This document shows, piece by piece, positions 33,566-43,799 of a DNA stretch of 64,000 nt. How positions within the stretch are numbered: the stretch's first letter is position 1; each line of letters starts with the position of its first letter. The position numbers and the translations under genes are program-made. The notes below the pieces were generated by a model. That model did no database searches. It was not told the DNA's origin and was given only the letters and a program-made list of their open reading frames with translations. Origin of the DNA: an uncultured Alphaproteobacteria bacterium. Lineage in GTDB: Bacteria > Pseudomonadota > Alphaproteobacteria > HIMB59. Location: assembly GCA_902588615.1 (NCBI GenBank), contig CACIPV010000001.1, positions 90,682 to 154,681 on the forward strand. The letters are read 5' to 3'.

Positions 33566-34827
33566 AGTTTCCAATAAAAACTATAAGAAAAAGTGCCCAA
33601 ATAACTGCTTTCCCTAAAAATTCTTTGGAGGTATCTAAACTAGTTAAATTTTCTAACAAATATAAATTTCATATTTTACCTATTGGTGGAGAGACTAATA
33701 GAGTTGATGGCACAAAACCTCAATTTGAAAAAACTATCCTAATAGATTTTAAAAAAATGAATCGTATTGAAGAAGTTGATACTGATAATTTTATAATAAC
33801 AGCTCAAAGCGGAACATTGTTAAAAACTATTCAAAAAGCAGCAAATAATAAAAAACTTTTATTTCCAGTTAATATTGCGCCAAGTGACAAATGTACAATT
33901 GGGGGTAATATATCTACAAATGTTGGGGGTTTACAAACCTTGAGATATGGTAACATAGAGGATCATATAAATGGCCTTGAAGTAGTGCTTAGTGATGGAA
34001 CTATTTTAAATTTTTTAAATAAACTCAAAAAAGATAATTTTGGCCCAAAACTGTGGAAGTTATTTTGTGGTTCTGAGGGTGTTTTTGGAATAATTACAAG
34101 AGCAAGCTTAAAGTTAATCCCAAAAAAAAAATACAATTCTACATATTTAATACAAACAAATAGTTTAAATAAGTCAATTCAATTACTAAAATTTTTAAGA
34201 AACAAGTACTTCGATAATTTAACAAGTTTTGAAATAATATTTCCAATACCTAGCTCTTATTTATTTAATGAAAGTACACATCACTTCAATTTAATCATAG
34301 AGATACAATCTAATATTATTGGTAATTACAAAAAAGACTTAAAAAAATACTTTAATTTAAATGAATTTAAAATTGATAAAATAGAACATGATAAATCGAA
34401 ATCATGGATATGGAGCAAAAGAGAAGAGTTAGTATATAATCAGATAAAATATAATTTTACTGAAAAATTTGATATTTCTTTACCTATTGATAAGTGGTCT
34501 GTCTTTATTAAGAAAGTAAATACATTTGTAAAGGATAATAAAATCTTTACTCCTTATTTTTTTGGGCATTTGGGAGATGGTAATTTGCATTGCAATTTTA
34601 AAGTAAATCCTAATTCAAAAAAGAATTGTTCTTACCTATCTAAATTTATTTATGATTTGACTATTCAAAGCGAAGGTAGTGTTGCAGCAGAACACGGTCT
34701 TGGTTTGAAAAAAAATTATCTTTTAAAAAAATATAAACCTAGTGAAAATTACCTTTTTATTAAAAAATTAAAAAAACACTTAGATCCTAACTCTAGATTA
34801 GGCAAAAATAAGTTATTTCAGGCTTAA
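33562..34827 (+). CDS. FAD-linked oxidase, D-2-hydroxyacid dehydrogenase/GlcD family
   Basis: IGGNISTNVGG, GSEGVFGIIT, GHLGDGNLH, AEHGLG. Confidence 0.88.
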   Translation: MKFPIKTIRKSAQITAFPKNSLEVSKLVKFSNKYKFHILPIGGETNRVDGTKPQFEKTILIDFKKMNRIEEVDTDNFIITAQSGTLLKTIQKAANNKKLLFPVNIAPSDKCTIGGNISTNVGGLQTLRYGNIEDHINGLEVVLSDGTILNFLNKLKKDNFGPKLWKLFCGSEGVFGIITRASLKLIPKKKYNSTYLIQTNSLNKSIQLLKFLRNKYFDNLTSFEIIFPIPSSYLFNESTHHFNLIIEIQSNIIGNYKKDLKKYFNLNEFKIDKIEHDKSKSWIWSKREELVYNQIKYNFTEKFDISLPIDKWSVFIKKVNTFVKDNKIFTPYFFGHLGDGNLHCNFKVNPNSKKNCSYLSKFIYDLTIQSEGSVAAEHGLGLKKNYLLKKYKPSENYLFIKKLKKHLDPNSRLGKNKLFQA

Positions 34828-36120
34828 TTGATCTTTTAATTTAAAATAACTCATTGCTAAAACTAATAATGGCTTATCAATTACGCCAAAACCAGGAAAA
34901 TTTTTATGTCTAAACTTCTCAAATAATCTCAAATTATTGTTCTGATTAGTTATTGTTTCAGCAAGCATTTTTCCGACCATAGTTGTTATTGCTAAACCAT
35001 GTCCTGAATATCCTTGTGCAAAAAAAATATTATTATCAATACTGCCTATATGAGGGAATCTGTTTACAGTTATGGCAACGTGCCCACTCCAAGTACACCA
35101 AGCTTTGAACTTTTCTAAGCCAGGAAGTATCTTTTTTATACTTTTTTTTAAAGATAATTCCAAATTTATCGGATCTATATTAGAGTAACTTACACCTCCA
35201 CCAAAAATTAAATTATTATTAGAGTCCAGTCTAAAATAATTTAATACAAATAACATATCTCCCACTGTGATAGGTTTTCGAAAATATTTACTCAATTCTG
35301 TATTTGGAATTTCAGTAAATGCAGATACATAAGTTTTAACAGGCATTATTTTTTTTCTTAGACTTTTATTCAAATTATCAATATGTGCATTACAGCAGAT
35401 AATTAATTTATCAGATTTAACAGTTAAATTTTTTTCAGTTGTTATTGTTACTTTTTTTTGAGATTCATATGATATCACTCCTGTATCTTCAAATATTTTA
35501 CAATTTTGATTTTTTAATAATTCTCTTGCTAATCCTAGACAATAATTAAGTGGATGAATTTGACCACACTCTGAGTCATACATTGCAGATTTGTAATAAG
35601 GGCTATCAAAATACTGTTCCATTCTATTTTTTGGTAGATACGTCACTGATTCATAATCAAACTTTGTTTGAAGCCTGTCTACGTATTTTTTTAACTCATC
35701 ATCATGGGATTTACTTACTGCGGCTAAAACATAACCCTCGATTAAGTCACATTGTATATTTAAGTCTTTGATATTTTTTTTTACTTCTCTAACAGCGTCT
35801 AAAGTGAATTGCCATAATATCTTAATTTCCTCTTGAGTGTGTTTTTGGCTAGAGTAATTCTCTGAGGAAAAACCATGTAATAATTGCCCACCATTTCTTC
35901 CAGATGCGCCCCAACCTACTTTATTTTTCTCCAATATGACTATGTTTAAATCTGGATTTAATTTAGATAAATATAATGCTGATGAAATACCTGATAAACC
36001 TGCACCAATTATACAAACATCACATTGTAAGCTCTCATTTAATTTGTTAGTATTAAGGCTGAATGCTTTTGTTCTTACGTAATAATTATCTGAGTAATCC
36101 ATCAGATACATAAATATCAA
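34813..36120 (-). CDS. FAD-dependent oxidoreductase, PuuB-like (gamma-glutamylputrescine oxidase family)
   Basis: IGAGLSG, GASGRNGGQ, AQGYSGHG; start may be 36102 or 36111. Confidence 0.85.
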   Translation of the reverse strand: MIFMYLMDYSDNYYVRTKAFSLNTNKLNESLQCDVCIIGAGLSGISSALYLSKLNPDLNIVILEKNKVGWGASGRNGGQLLHGFSSENYSSQKHTQEEIKILWQFTLDAVREVKKNIKDLNIQCDLIEGYVLAAVSKSHDDELKKYVDRLQTKFDYESVTYLPKNRMEQYFDSPYYKSAMYDSECGQIHPLNYCLGLARELLKNQNCKIFEDTGVISYESQKKVTITTEKNLTVKSDKLIICCNAHIDNLNKSLRKKIMPVKTYVSAFTEIPNTELSKYFRKPITVGDMLFVLNYFRLDSNNNLIFGGGVSYSNIDPINLELSLKKSIKKILPGLEKFKAWCTWSGHVAITVNRFPHIGSIDNNIFFAQGYSGHGLAITTMVGKMLAETITNQNNNLRLFEKFRHKNFPGFGVIDKPLLVLAMSYFKLKDQLSLK

Positions 36121-36142
36121 ATTTTAAAGGTTAGTTATAGCT

Positions 36143-37495
36143 ATGAATGATTATGTCGATTGGTTAAAGAAAAATAAAATAACAGAGGTAGAATGTATGA
36201 TTCCTGATAATTCAGGTATACCAAGGGGAAAAATACTACCAACAAAAAAATTTTTAAACTCTATTGAGTCAGGTGGATTAAGATTACCTTTAGCACTATT
36301 CAAATTAGCAGTATCTAGAGATGTGACTTATTCAATAGATGATCAGATTTTAAATCCTACAGATGGTGATTTTATATTAAAGCCCGATTTTAATACTCTC
36401 AGAACTGTTCCATGGTATGAAGAACCAACCGCGCAGGTTATTTGTGATGCTGTTGATAACAATGATAATGTTATAGAGGTCCACTCTAGAGGTATTTTAA
36501 AAAAAGTAATTGGTCTTTATGAAAAAATAGGTCTTGAACCAGTAGTTGCTCCAGAAATTGAATTCTATTTAGTTAAGAAAAACAATGATCCAGATAATCC
36601 TTTAGAGACACCAAGTGGGCAATCTGGAAGAATTGAAAAAGGAAATCAGTCTTACGGTATTGACGCTGTTAATGAATTTGATCATATTTTTGAGGATCTA
36701 TATGACTACTGTGAAACTCAAGAATTAGAAGTTGAGAACATTAATCATGAGGATGGGCCAGCACAAATGGAAATTAACTTCAAGCATGGTAACCCTCTTG
36801 ACTTGGCTGATCAGGTTTTTTTATTTAAAAGAACTCTTAGACATACTGCATTGAAGCATAATTTGTATGCAACTTTTATGGCTAAACCGATGGAAGATAC
36901 TCCAGGAAACTCGATGCATATACATCAATCAATTTTAAAAAAAGGTAAACCAATATTTGTGGACAAAAATCTTAAAATTACAAAACATTTTGATAACTAT
37001 TTGGGTGGATTACAAAAATATTCAAAAGCTTTTTTACCCCTTTTTGCACCAAATGTTAATTCCTTTAAAAGGCTTAGAGGTTTTTGGGAGGAAGGTACAC
37101 CTTTTAACCTAAACTGGGGTTTTGAAAACCGTACCTGTGGTTTTAGAGTCCCAAATTTTAACTCTGCTAACCAAGCGAGAATTGAAAATAGACTTTGTGG
37201 ATCAGACGTAAATCCATACTTAGCTATAGCTGCAACTTTATCTGCGGGATATTTAGGTTTGAAGAAAAAATTAAAAGCAACCCCAGAGACCAAAAAAGCT
37301 GCTTATAACGTGAATGTTTCTTTGACAGAAAGCATCTATCAATCAATAGATACTTTTTCTAGATCTAAGGAGGCAAAAGAGATATTTGGTGAAACATTTA
37401 TAGAATTATTTTGTTCAATCAAAGACTTAGAGGTAAATGCTTATAATAAAATTATTACAGCATGGGAAAGAGAATATTTACTTCTTAATGTTTGA
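36143..37495 (+). CDS. Glutamine synthetase-like glutamate--polyamine ligase (PuuA-like)
   Basis: GIPRGK, APEIEFYL, ATFMAKP..PGNSMHIHQS, RIENR, WEREYLLLNV; polyamine context. Confidence 0.87.
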   Translation: MNDYVDWLKKNKITEVECMIPDNSGIPRGKILPTKKFLNSIESGGLRLPLALFKLAVSRDVTYSIDDQILNPTDGDFILKPDFNTLRTVPWYEEPTAQVICDAVDNNDNVIEVHSRGILKKVIGLYEKIGLEPVVAPEIEFYLVKKNNDPDNPLETPSGQSGRIEKGNQSYGIDAVNEFDHIFEDLYDYCETQELEVENINHEDGPAQMEINFKHGNPLDLADQVFLFKRTLRHTALKHNLYATFMAKPMEDTPGNSMHIHQSILKKGKPIFVDKNLKITKHFDNYLGGLQKYSKAFLPLFAPNVNSFKRLRGFWEEGTPFNLNWGFENRTCGFRVPNFNSANQARIENRLCGSDVNPYLAIAATLSAGYLGLKKKLKATPETKKAAYNVNVSLTESIYQSIDTFSRSKEAKEIFGETFIELFCSIKDLEVNAYNKIITAWEREYLLLNV

Positions 37496-38275
37496 TCTAT
37501 TAATTAAGTAAATACTAATTGCTGCTAATATAACAATTAGCATTATTATTGCGGAAAGAGCATTAACTTCTGGACTCAATCCCAATCTAACTTTAGAAAA
37601 AACCACTATTGGCAAAGTGTTAGCTCCCGGACCGGTAGTAAAACTAGCAACCACAAGATCGTCCAAAGAGAGTGTAAATGCAAGTAACCATCCTGATAAT
37701 ATTGCAGGTAATATTACAGGTGCAGTTATTTTCCAAAAAATCATATTTGGAATTGTCCCAAGATCTTGAGCGGCCTCTTCTATATTTTTATCGTAACTAC
37801 TCAACCTTGATTGGATAATGACTGCAACAAAAGCTACAGAGAAAGTTATATGCGATATTAAGACTGTTAATTGTCCTTTTGAGGAAGGAAAGCCAATAAT
37901 ATGGTTAGATGATATAAAGAATAACAACAAAGAAAGCCCTAAAATTATCTCAGGCATAACCAAAGGAGAAGAACTCAAGAAAATAAAGAAAGGCCTGGCT
38001 GGAATTTTTGATATTCTTGTTAATGAAAAACCAATCATTACACCCATGACTGTTGCAAATGTTGCTGAAAGAGAAGCAATTTTTAGACTAGTATAAAAAG
38101 CCTCTAAAATTTGTTCATTATGAAATAATTCCTTATACCATCTAAAAGAGAAACCCTTCCAAACCATAACTCTTTTATTATCATTAAAAGAATAAGCTAT
38201 AAGAGTTAAAATAGGAAAATATAAAAATGAAAATCCAATTGTTAAGGTAAAAATTTTAAAAAATAATTTATTCAT
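37478..38275 (-). CDS. potI: Polyamine ABC transporter permease
   Basis: FLYFP, EEAAQDLG, FTLSLDD, TLP...SPEVNA. Confidence 0.88.
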   Translation of the reverse strand: MNKLFFKIFTLTIGFSFLYFPILTLIAYSFNDNKRVMVWKGFSFRWYKELFHNEQILEAFYTSLKIASLSATFATVMGVMIGFSLTRISKIPARPFFIFLSSSPLVMPEIILGLSLLLFFISSNHIIGFPSSKGQLTVLISHITFSVAFVAVIIQSRLSSYDKNIEEAAQDLGTIPNMIFWKITAPVILPAILSGWLLAFTLSLDDLVVASFTTGPGANTLPIVVFSKVRLGLSPEVNALSAIIMLIVILAAISIYLINRSNIKK

Positions 38276-39161
38276 TTTTAAAATTATATTTTGCGTACAT
38301 TAATTGAAAAATAATTATTGGAAATACAAGAATTACAATACCAGACATAGCAAGTGCGCTAGCAATAGGCCAATCTCTATTTACAAAAAATTCATCCCAA
38401 ATTATTTTCCCAAAATAAAGCTTATCACTGCCACCTAACATTTCTGGAATTATATATTCTCCAACAACTGGTATAAAAACCAACATACTCCCCGCAACGA
38501 TTCCTGGTAAAGATAGAGGTAAGATAACTTTTACAAACGTGTTTATAGGCTTTGCACCTAAATCATTAGATGCATCAATCAAATTTAAATCAAATTTAAC
38601 CAAATATCCATAAAGCGGTAAAATCATAAATGGAAGGTAAGTATAAACAACTCCTAAAATTACGGCATAATGATTATGTAACATAGATATTGGTTCAGAA
38701 ATTAGCCCAATATGTATAAGAATTGAATTTATAATACCAGAGCCTTGTAGTAAGACTTTCCATGCATATACCCTTAGAAGAAAAGAACTCCAAAAAGGTA
38801 TGATAAGCATAATCAATAGTATGTTTCTTATACTTGGTTTGGATTTTGCAACGTAAAAAGCTATGGGATAACCAATTAGTAAACATAATAAAGTGGATGT
38901 AAAAGCTAATGAAAGTGAATTGAGGTATGATCTGATATAGAAAGGATCTGAAAAGATAAATAAATAATTTCCAAGAGTTGAATTAATCTCCAATCCATTT
39001 TCAGATAAAGAGAAAAGATCACGATAAGGTGGCATACCCCATTCAGACACAGATATAGATATTTTGAAAATTAAAGCTAATGGAACAAAAAAGAATAAAA
39101 CTAGCCATAAATATGGAGTAAATACAAACCACACATTTTGTTTTTTAAAATTTTTAATCAT
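38268..39161 (-). CDS. potH: Polyamine ABC transporter permease
   Basis: PFWSSFLLRVYAW, YLPFMILP, RDWPIASA. Confidence 0.88.
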   Translation of the reverse strand: MIKNFKKQNVWFVFTPYLWLVLFFFVPLALIFKISISVSEWGMPPYRDLFSLSENGLEINSTLGNYLFIFSDPFYIRSYLNSLSLAFTSTLLCLLIGYPIAFYVAKSKPSIRNILLIMLIIPFWSSFLLRVYAWKVLLQGSGIINSILIHIGLISEPISMLHNHYAVILGVVYTYLPFMILPLYGYLVKFDLNLIDASNDLGAKPINTFVKVILPLSLPGIVAGSMLVFIPVVGEYIIPEMLGGSDKLYFGKIIWDEFFVNRDWPIASALAMSGIVILVFPIIIFQLMYAKYNFKNE

Positions 39162-40212
39162 TAAAGAAATATATTGATGTTTCGTTAAAACTTATCTTAA
39201 CTTTGTCATCCCATCTTATTTGAAGGTTATCTGAAACTAAACTATTTTGCATAAAAGAATAAAATTCAAATCCATTAACCTCAATTAAATACTTAGTATA
39301 GCTTCCTAAATAAGCTACTTCTTTAACTACACCAATATTTAAATTATCAGATAGATTTTCTAGTTTTTTAACAGAAATTTTTTCAGGCCTAATTAAACAT
39401 TTAACATAGTTTTCTTTATTGTTAATATTTTTAACTTCATAATTTAATTCTTTAATGATGATTTGATTATTTTTATTAAGAACATTAAAGATATTAGCTG
39501 TGCCTATAAAATTAGCTATATATTTGTCCTTCGGTTTTTCATATATTTCAACAGGATTACCGACTTGGAGAATTTCTCCATTTTTCATAATTGCCATTCT
39601 ATCAGATAATGACATTGCTTCCTCTTGATCATGAGTAACAATAATAAAAGTGATACCTAACTTATATTGCAGATTAACTAACTCAAACTGTGTTTGTACT
39701 CTTAGCTGTTTATCTAATGCAGCAAGTGGTTCATCTAATAAAAGTAATTTTGGTTTTTTGACTAAACATCTTGCTAACGCTACACGCTGTTGTTGACCAC
39801 CAGATATCTCATTAATTTTTCTTTTCTCTAAACCATTCAGCTCCAGTAAATTTAAAATTTCATTAACACGATGATTGATTTCTTCTTTAGAAATTTTTTC
39901 TTCTTTGAGTCCAAACTGGATATTATTAGTGACATTTAAATGCGGAAATAGTGCATAATTTTGGAACATAATATTTAAAGGTCTTACATATGGTGGAAGT
40001 TTCGTGATATCCTTTCCCTCGAGTAATATTCTTCCTTCATCAGGCTTCTCGAAACCTGCTATAATTCTCAAAAGTGTTGACTTACCACATCCTGAAGATC
40101 CTAGGAGACTGAATATTTCAGATTTTGCTATTTTTAGATTAACTTTGTCTAAAGCAACAACATTATCAAACCTTTTTGATACATCTATGATTTGTAAAAA
40201 AGGTTCAGACAT
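39154..40212 (-). CDS. potG: Polyamine ABC transporter ATPase
   Basis: GSSGCGKST, ISGGQQQR, LLLDEP, VTHDQEEA. Confidence 0.88.
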   Translation of the reverse strand: MSEPFLQIIDVSKRFDNVVALDKVNLKIAKSEIFSLLGSSGCGKSTLLRIIAGFEKPDEGRILLEGKDITKLPPYVRPLNIMFQNYALFPHLNVTNNIQFGLKEEKISKEEINHRVNEILNLLELNGLEKRKINEISGGQQQRVALARCLVKKPKLLLLDEPLAALDKQLRVQTQFELVNLQYKLGITFIIVTHDQEEAMSLSDRMAIMKNGEILQVGNPVEIYEKPKDKYIANFIGTANIFNVLNKNNQIIIKELNYEVKNINNKENYVKCLIRPEKISVKKLENLSDNLNIGVVKEVAYLGSYTKYLIEVNGFEFYSFMQNSLVSDNLQIRWDDKVKISFNETSIYFFND

Positions 40213-40225
40213 AAAAAAGATTGTG

Positions 40226-40257
40226 AAAAGCGCAACTTAAGTAAAAGTTGCGCTTTT
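40226..40257. terminator. Intercistronic hairpin after potF (stabiliser or partial terminator)
   Basis: Perfect 13-bp stem AAAAGCGCAACTT-N6-AAGTTGCGCTTTT. Confidence 0.75.
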
Positions 40258-40263
40258 ATTAAA

Positions 40264-41331
40264 TTATTGAGAAGCTTTAAAACTATTAAAAACTCTCGAA
40301 GATATCCTAGACTTTTGAGGTGAGTCAGCTGTATCTGCAAAAAGTTTAGTTAATGTCTCTTCTGTTGGATAAATAGCTGGGTCTGAAAGAATATCAGGAT
40401 CTATCAAACCTTCAGTTGTGTTGGCTACTAAATTAGGATTTGAGTACCACACATAGTTAGTAATCTCTGCAACAACTTCTGGTCTCAAAATATAATCTAT
40501 AAATTTATGAGCATTTTCTACGTTTTTCGCGTCTGCTGGAATTCCCATCATATCAAACCAGATTACTGTTCCTTCATTTGGAATTGAATACCAGACCTCT
40601 TCGATTTCCTCGTATGCTGCTATAAATACATCACCTGACCAACCTATTGCTAGGCAAATCTCACCATTTGCTAAATCATCAATGTACTGAGAAGAGTCAA
40701 AATACTTTATGTAAGGTCTAATATTATTTAATAATTCTAGTGCCTCTTGATTAGCTTTAGTGTTTTCTGTATTTGGATCATGGCCAAGGTAATTTAATGC
40801 AATCTCAACAATTTCACTTGGTGCATCTAAGAAAGCCACACCACAATCTTCGTATTTAGAAATTTGATCTACATCAAATATTATGTCCCATGACTCAACA
40901 TCTCCACCTCTTTCCTCGACGGCAGCAACATTGTAACCAATTCCAGTTGTGCCATACATGTAATTAACAGAGTATTCCCCACCTGGATCATGAGCATCAG
41001 TTTTTTCTAAAACACTTGGATCTAAATTTTTCAGGTTTGGAATCATACTTTTATCAAGTTTTTGAAAAACACCAGCTTTAATTTGGTTTTCCATAAAGGA
41101 GCCTGATGGAACAACTAAGTCATAACCACTTCCTCCAGCTAAAAGCTTAGCCTCTAGTACTTCGTTTGAGTCAAACACATCGTATGTTACATCAATACCA
41201 GTTTCTTCCTCAAAATTTGCAATTGTATCTTCAGCTATGTAATCGGACCAATTGTATATAAATAACTCTTCTTTAGCGCTCAAACTCATAGGAAGTATTA
41301 GCACTAAAAGAGCTGTTAAAAATTTGTTCAT
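40264..41331 (-). CDS. potF: Polyamine ABC transporter substrate-binding protein
   Basis: Signal peptide; YNWSDYI, FDSNE, GWSGD, WFD; strong GAGGAGAGG SD. Confidence 0.92.
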   Translation of the reverse strand: MNKFLTALLVLILPMSLSAKEELFIYNWSDYIAEDTIANFEEETGIDVTYDVFDSNEVLEAKLLAGGSGYDLVVPSGSFMENQIKAGVFQKLDKSMIPNLKNLDPSVLEKTDAHDPGGEYSVNYMYGTTGIGYNVAAVEERGGDVESWDIIFDVDQISKYEDCGVAFLDAPSEIVEIALNYLGHDPNTENTKANQEALELLNNIRPYIKYFDSSQYIDDLANGEICLAIGWSGDVFIAAYEEIEEVWYSIPNEGTVIWFDMMGIPADAKNVENAHKFIDYILRPEVVAEITNYVWYSNPNLVANTTEGLIDPDILSDPAIYPTEETLTKLFADTADSPQKSRISSRVFNSFKASQ

Positions 41332-41381
41332 ATTACCTCTCCTCTTAAATAAGTAGAATTTGAATAATATGATAATTTTTT

Positions 41382-42239
41382 TTAAAAATCACAAATTTTT
41401 TTATATAGATCTGGTCTACGATCTCTAAAATTTCCCCAAGATTGGCGGTATTTTGTTATTTCTGAAAAGTTGAAATTCTTAGATACAAAGCCCTCATTTT
41501 TTTTGTCCATTTCAATTTCAATATTACCCAAATGATTAGTGATAAAGGAACTTCCATAAAATGTAACAGATATTGAACCTTCATTTTCTGTACCAATTCT
41601 ATTAGAGGCAATGACTGGGATTTGATTTGCAGCTGCATGACCTTTCATTACGTTTTGCCAGTGATCTTTTGAGTCTAATAAAGGGTCTTGAGGCTCAGAA
41701 CCAATTGCTGTGGGATATAATAAAATATCTGCACCAGAAAGTGTCATAGATCTTGCACATTCAGGAAACCATTGATCCCAGCATATACCACAACCAAGAT
41801 TTCCAAATTTTGTGTTAAATACTTTGAAGCCAGTATCTCCAGGTTTAAAGTAAAACTTTTCGTTATAACCAGGACCCTCAGGAATATGCGATTTTCTATA
41901 TAAATCACTTAATTTACCATCAGCATTAATCACAACTAAGGAATTAAAAAAATTATTTTCTTTTTTTTCAAAAAAACTGATCGGCATAACCATATTATTT
42001 TTCTTACAAAAATTAGAAAAAATTTCAAATAATTTGTCATTAGGAAATTCAATTGCATAATTAAAAAACTTTGTATCTTGAGTTGAGCAAAAGTATTCAG
42101 TTTGAAATAACTCCTGTAGGAGGAAAATATTTACATTTTCCTTAGATGCTTGTTGAGCAATATCTATAGCCTTATTTATATTTAAATCTTTTTTTTCTTT
42201 TATTGATTTAAATTGCGAAGCAGCTACTTTAACTGACAT
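41382..42239 (-). CDS. aguB: N-carbamoylputrescine amidase
   Basis: Nitrilase triad QELF, YRKSHIP, ICWDQWFPE; YPTAIGSEP; start MSVKVAA preferred. Confidence 0.93.
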   Translation of the reverse strand: MSVKVAASQFKSIKEKKDLNINKAIDIAQQASKENVNIFLLQELFQTEYFCSTQDTKFFNYAIEFPNDKLFEIFSNFCKKNNMVMPISFFEKKENNFFNSLVVINADGKLSDLYRKSHIPEGPGYNEKFYFKPGDTGFKVFNTKFGNLGCGICWDQWFPECARSMTLSGADILLYPTAIGSEPQDPLLDSKDHWQNVMKGHAAANQIPVIASNRIGTENEGSISVTFYGSSFITNHLGNIEIEMDKKNEGFVSKNFNFSEITKYRQSWGNFRDRRPDLYKKICDF

Positions 42240-43218
42240 TTTTTGGCACATTCATAGTAACACAATGGATATTACCTCCACCATAATTTATATGTGAAGT
42301 TTCAATCATCTCAATTTTTTTATCTTTAAAAATATCTTTAAAAATATCATAAACCATTTCATCTTCTTTAACATTAAATTTTGGGACAAAGATTTTATGC
42401 TTTGAAAAATAAAAATTTATATACGAGGCAATAAGCTTTTTATCATTAACAACTATTTTTGAAGGAAGGGGTATATCAATTAATTCTATATTACTGTCAG
42501 TGCTGGAGAGATTACTTAGGATTATGGATTTACTCTTAGTTAAGTTTTTTGAATTTAAATCATCTAAATCATAACTTTTTGCTATTAAATATTTTCTATT
42601 TCCAATAGGACATAAAATATTGTCTATGTGCCCATCAGTATCGTCATCTTTTAAACCTTCAGGGATCCAAATTATTGAATTTAAATCAAATAAACTAGTC
42701 AGTATTTGCTCTATTTTTGCTTTTTCAGGATTATTTCTATTTTGGTTAAGCAATACACTTTCAGTGGTAAACAAGTTTCCGCATTCATCGTAAGTAATAG
42801 CACCACCTTCTAAAGTAAGGTTATTTAAATATGAAGTAATAGAAAATTGATTTGAGATATATTCACCTACTTTATTATCATTAAAATAATTTGGGTATTT
42901 TCCATAACCATTAAAATTAAAGTTAATACATTTAAGTTCATTGTTCTGTTTGATAAAGATTGGGGCAATATCTCTCATCCAAGAGTCATCTAGTTCTAAT
43001 TGAATAATATTTATTTTTTGATTATTAATATATTTTTTACACTCATTGTAATCCTCTTTATTACAATACATATAAACTGTTTCTTCATCCGAAATACAAT
43101 TAGCTAAATGCGCCATTTCTAATTTGGCATCTTTAATTATTTCTTTGTAAAGATTTTTATTACATGGCCAAGCCATTAGACATTTGTCATGTGCTTCCCA
43201 TTCTGGAATTAACTTCAT
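42229..43218 (-). CDS. aguA: Agmatine deiminase
   Basis: PEWEAH, DSWMRD, LEGG, DTDGHID, GGGNIHCVT. Confidence 0.93.
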   Translation of the reverse strand: MKLIPEWEAHDKCLMAWPCNKNLYKEIIKDAKLEMAHLANCISDEETVYMYCNKEDYNECKKYINNQKINIIQLELDDSWMRDIAPIFIKQNNELKCINFNFNGYGKYPNYFNDNKVGEYISNQFSITSYLNNLTLEGGAITYDECGNLFTTESVLLNQNRNNPEKAKIEQILTSLFDLNSIIWIPEGLKDDDTDGHIDNILCPIGNRKYLIAKSYDLDDLNSKNLTKSKSIILSNLSSTDSNIELIDIPLPSKIVVNDKKLIASYINFYFSKHKIFVPKFNVKEDEMVYDIFKDIFKDKKIEMIETSHINYGGGNIHCVTMNVPKNVS

Positions 43219-43247
43219 AAGATTATAGTATATATTTTTTTTTAATT

Positions 43248-43799
43248 ATGAATATTTGTATGCTCTCAGATAAGGCCAAAAAAGAAAAAAGATTGCCCTT
43301 GATACCAGATGATATTATTAAGCTAAAAAACATATCAACCAAATTCAACTTTTATATTGAAAAATTTACTGACAGAATAATTGACGAGAAAGAATATATT
43401 TCAGTTGGGTGTAAGTACTATACAAATCAAAAAATAGATTTATTCTTATCAATGCAAGGTTTGAAACAAAGTCAAATAAAGTCAAATCAAAATTACTTAG
43501 TCTTATTCGATGTTGTAGAGTATGTTGAGCAAAATAAAGCTTTGTTGAATAAAATTTTAAAAAATAATTGTTCTCTGTTATTTTATGATTTATTGAGTGG
43601 TAAACACTCAATCAAAATTTTAAAATCTGCTAATAAAGAGCATTTGCTTAAATCAACTATTTATATAAGTAAAAAATTAAAAGTAAAATTACCAGTATTT
43701 TGTAATTCCTTAAAAAGAGATAGTATTGAAAAATTTTATCTATCCAAAAAAGGATATATTAATTTTCGTTATTTAAATTTGCTTGAAAAATTAGTTTAA
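43248..43799 (+). CDS. Truncated AlaDH/saccharopine-dehydrogenase-like N-terminal domain protein
   Basis: EKRLPLIP, R.IDEKEY..VG, LL.KILKNN.SLL.YDLL match the family N-domain; no Rossmann fold. Confidence 0.65.
   Translation: MNICMLSDKAKKEKRLPLIPDDIIKLKNISTKFNFYIEKFTDRIIDEKEYISVGCKYYTNQKIDLFLSMQGLKQSQIKSNQNYLVLFDVVEYVEQNKALLNKILKNNCSLLFYDLLSGKHSIKILKSANKEHLLKSTIYISKKLKVKLPVFCNSLKRDSIEKFYLSKKGYINFRYLNLLEKLV

Noticed and set aside
40226..40257. Perfect 13-bp palindrome as a possible REP or mobile repeat
   Set aside because: Single copy in the window, in the usual position after an ABC binding-protein gene.
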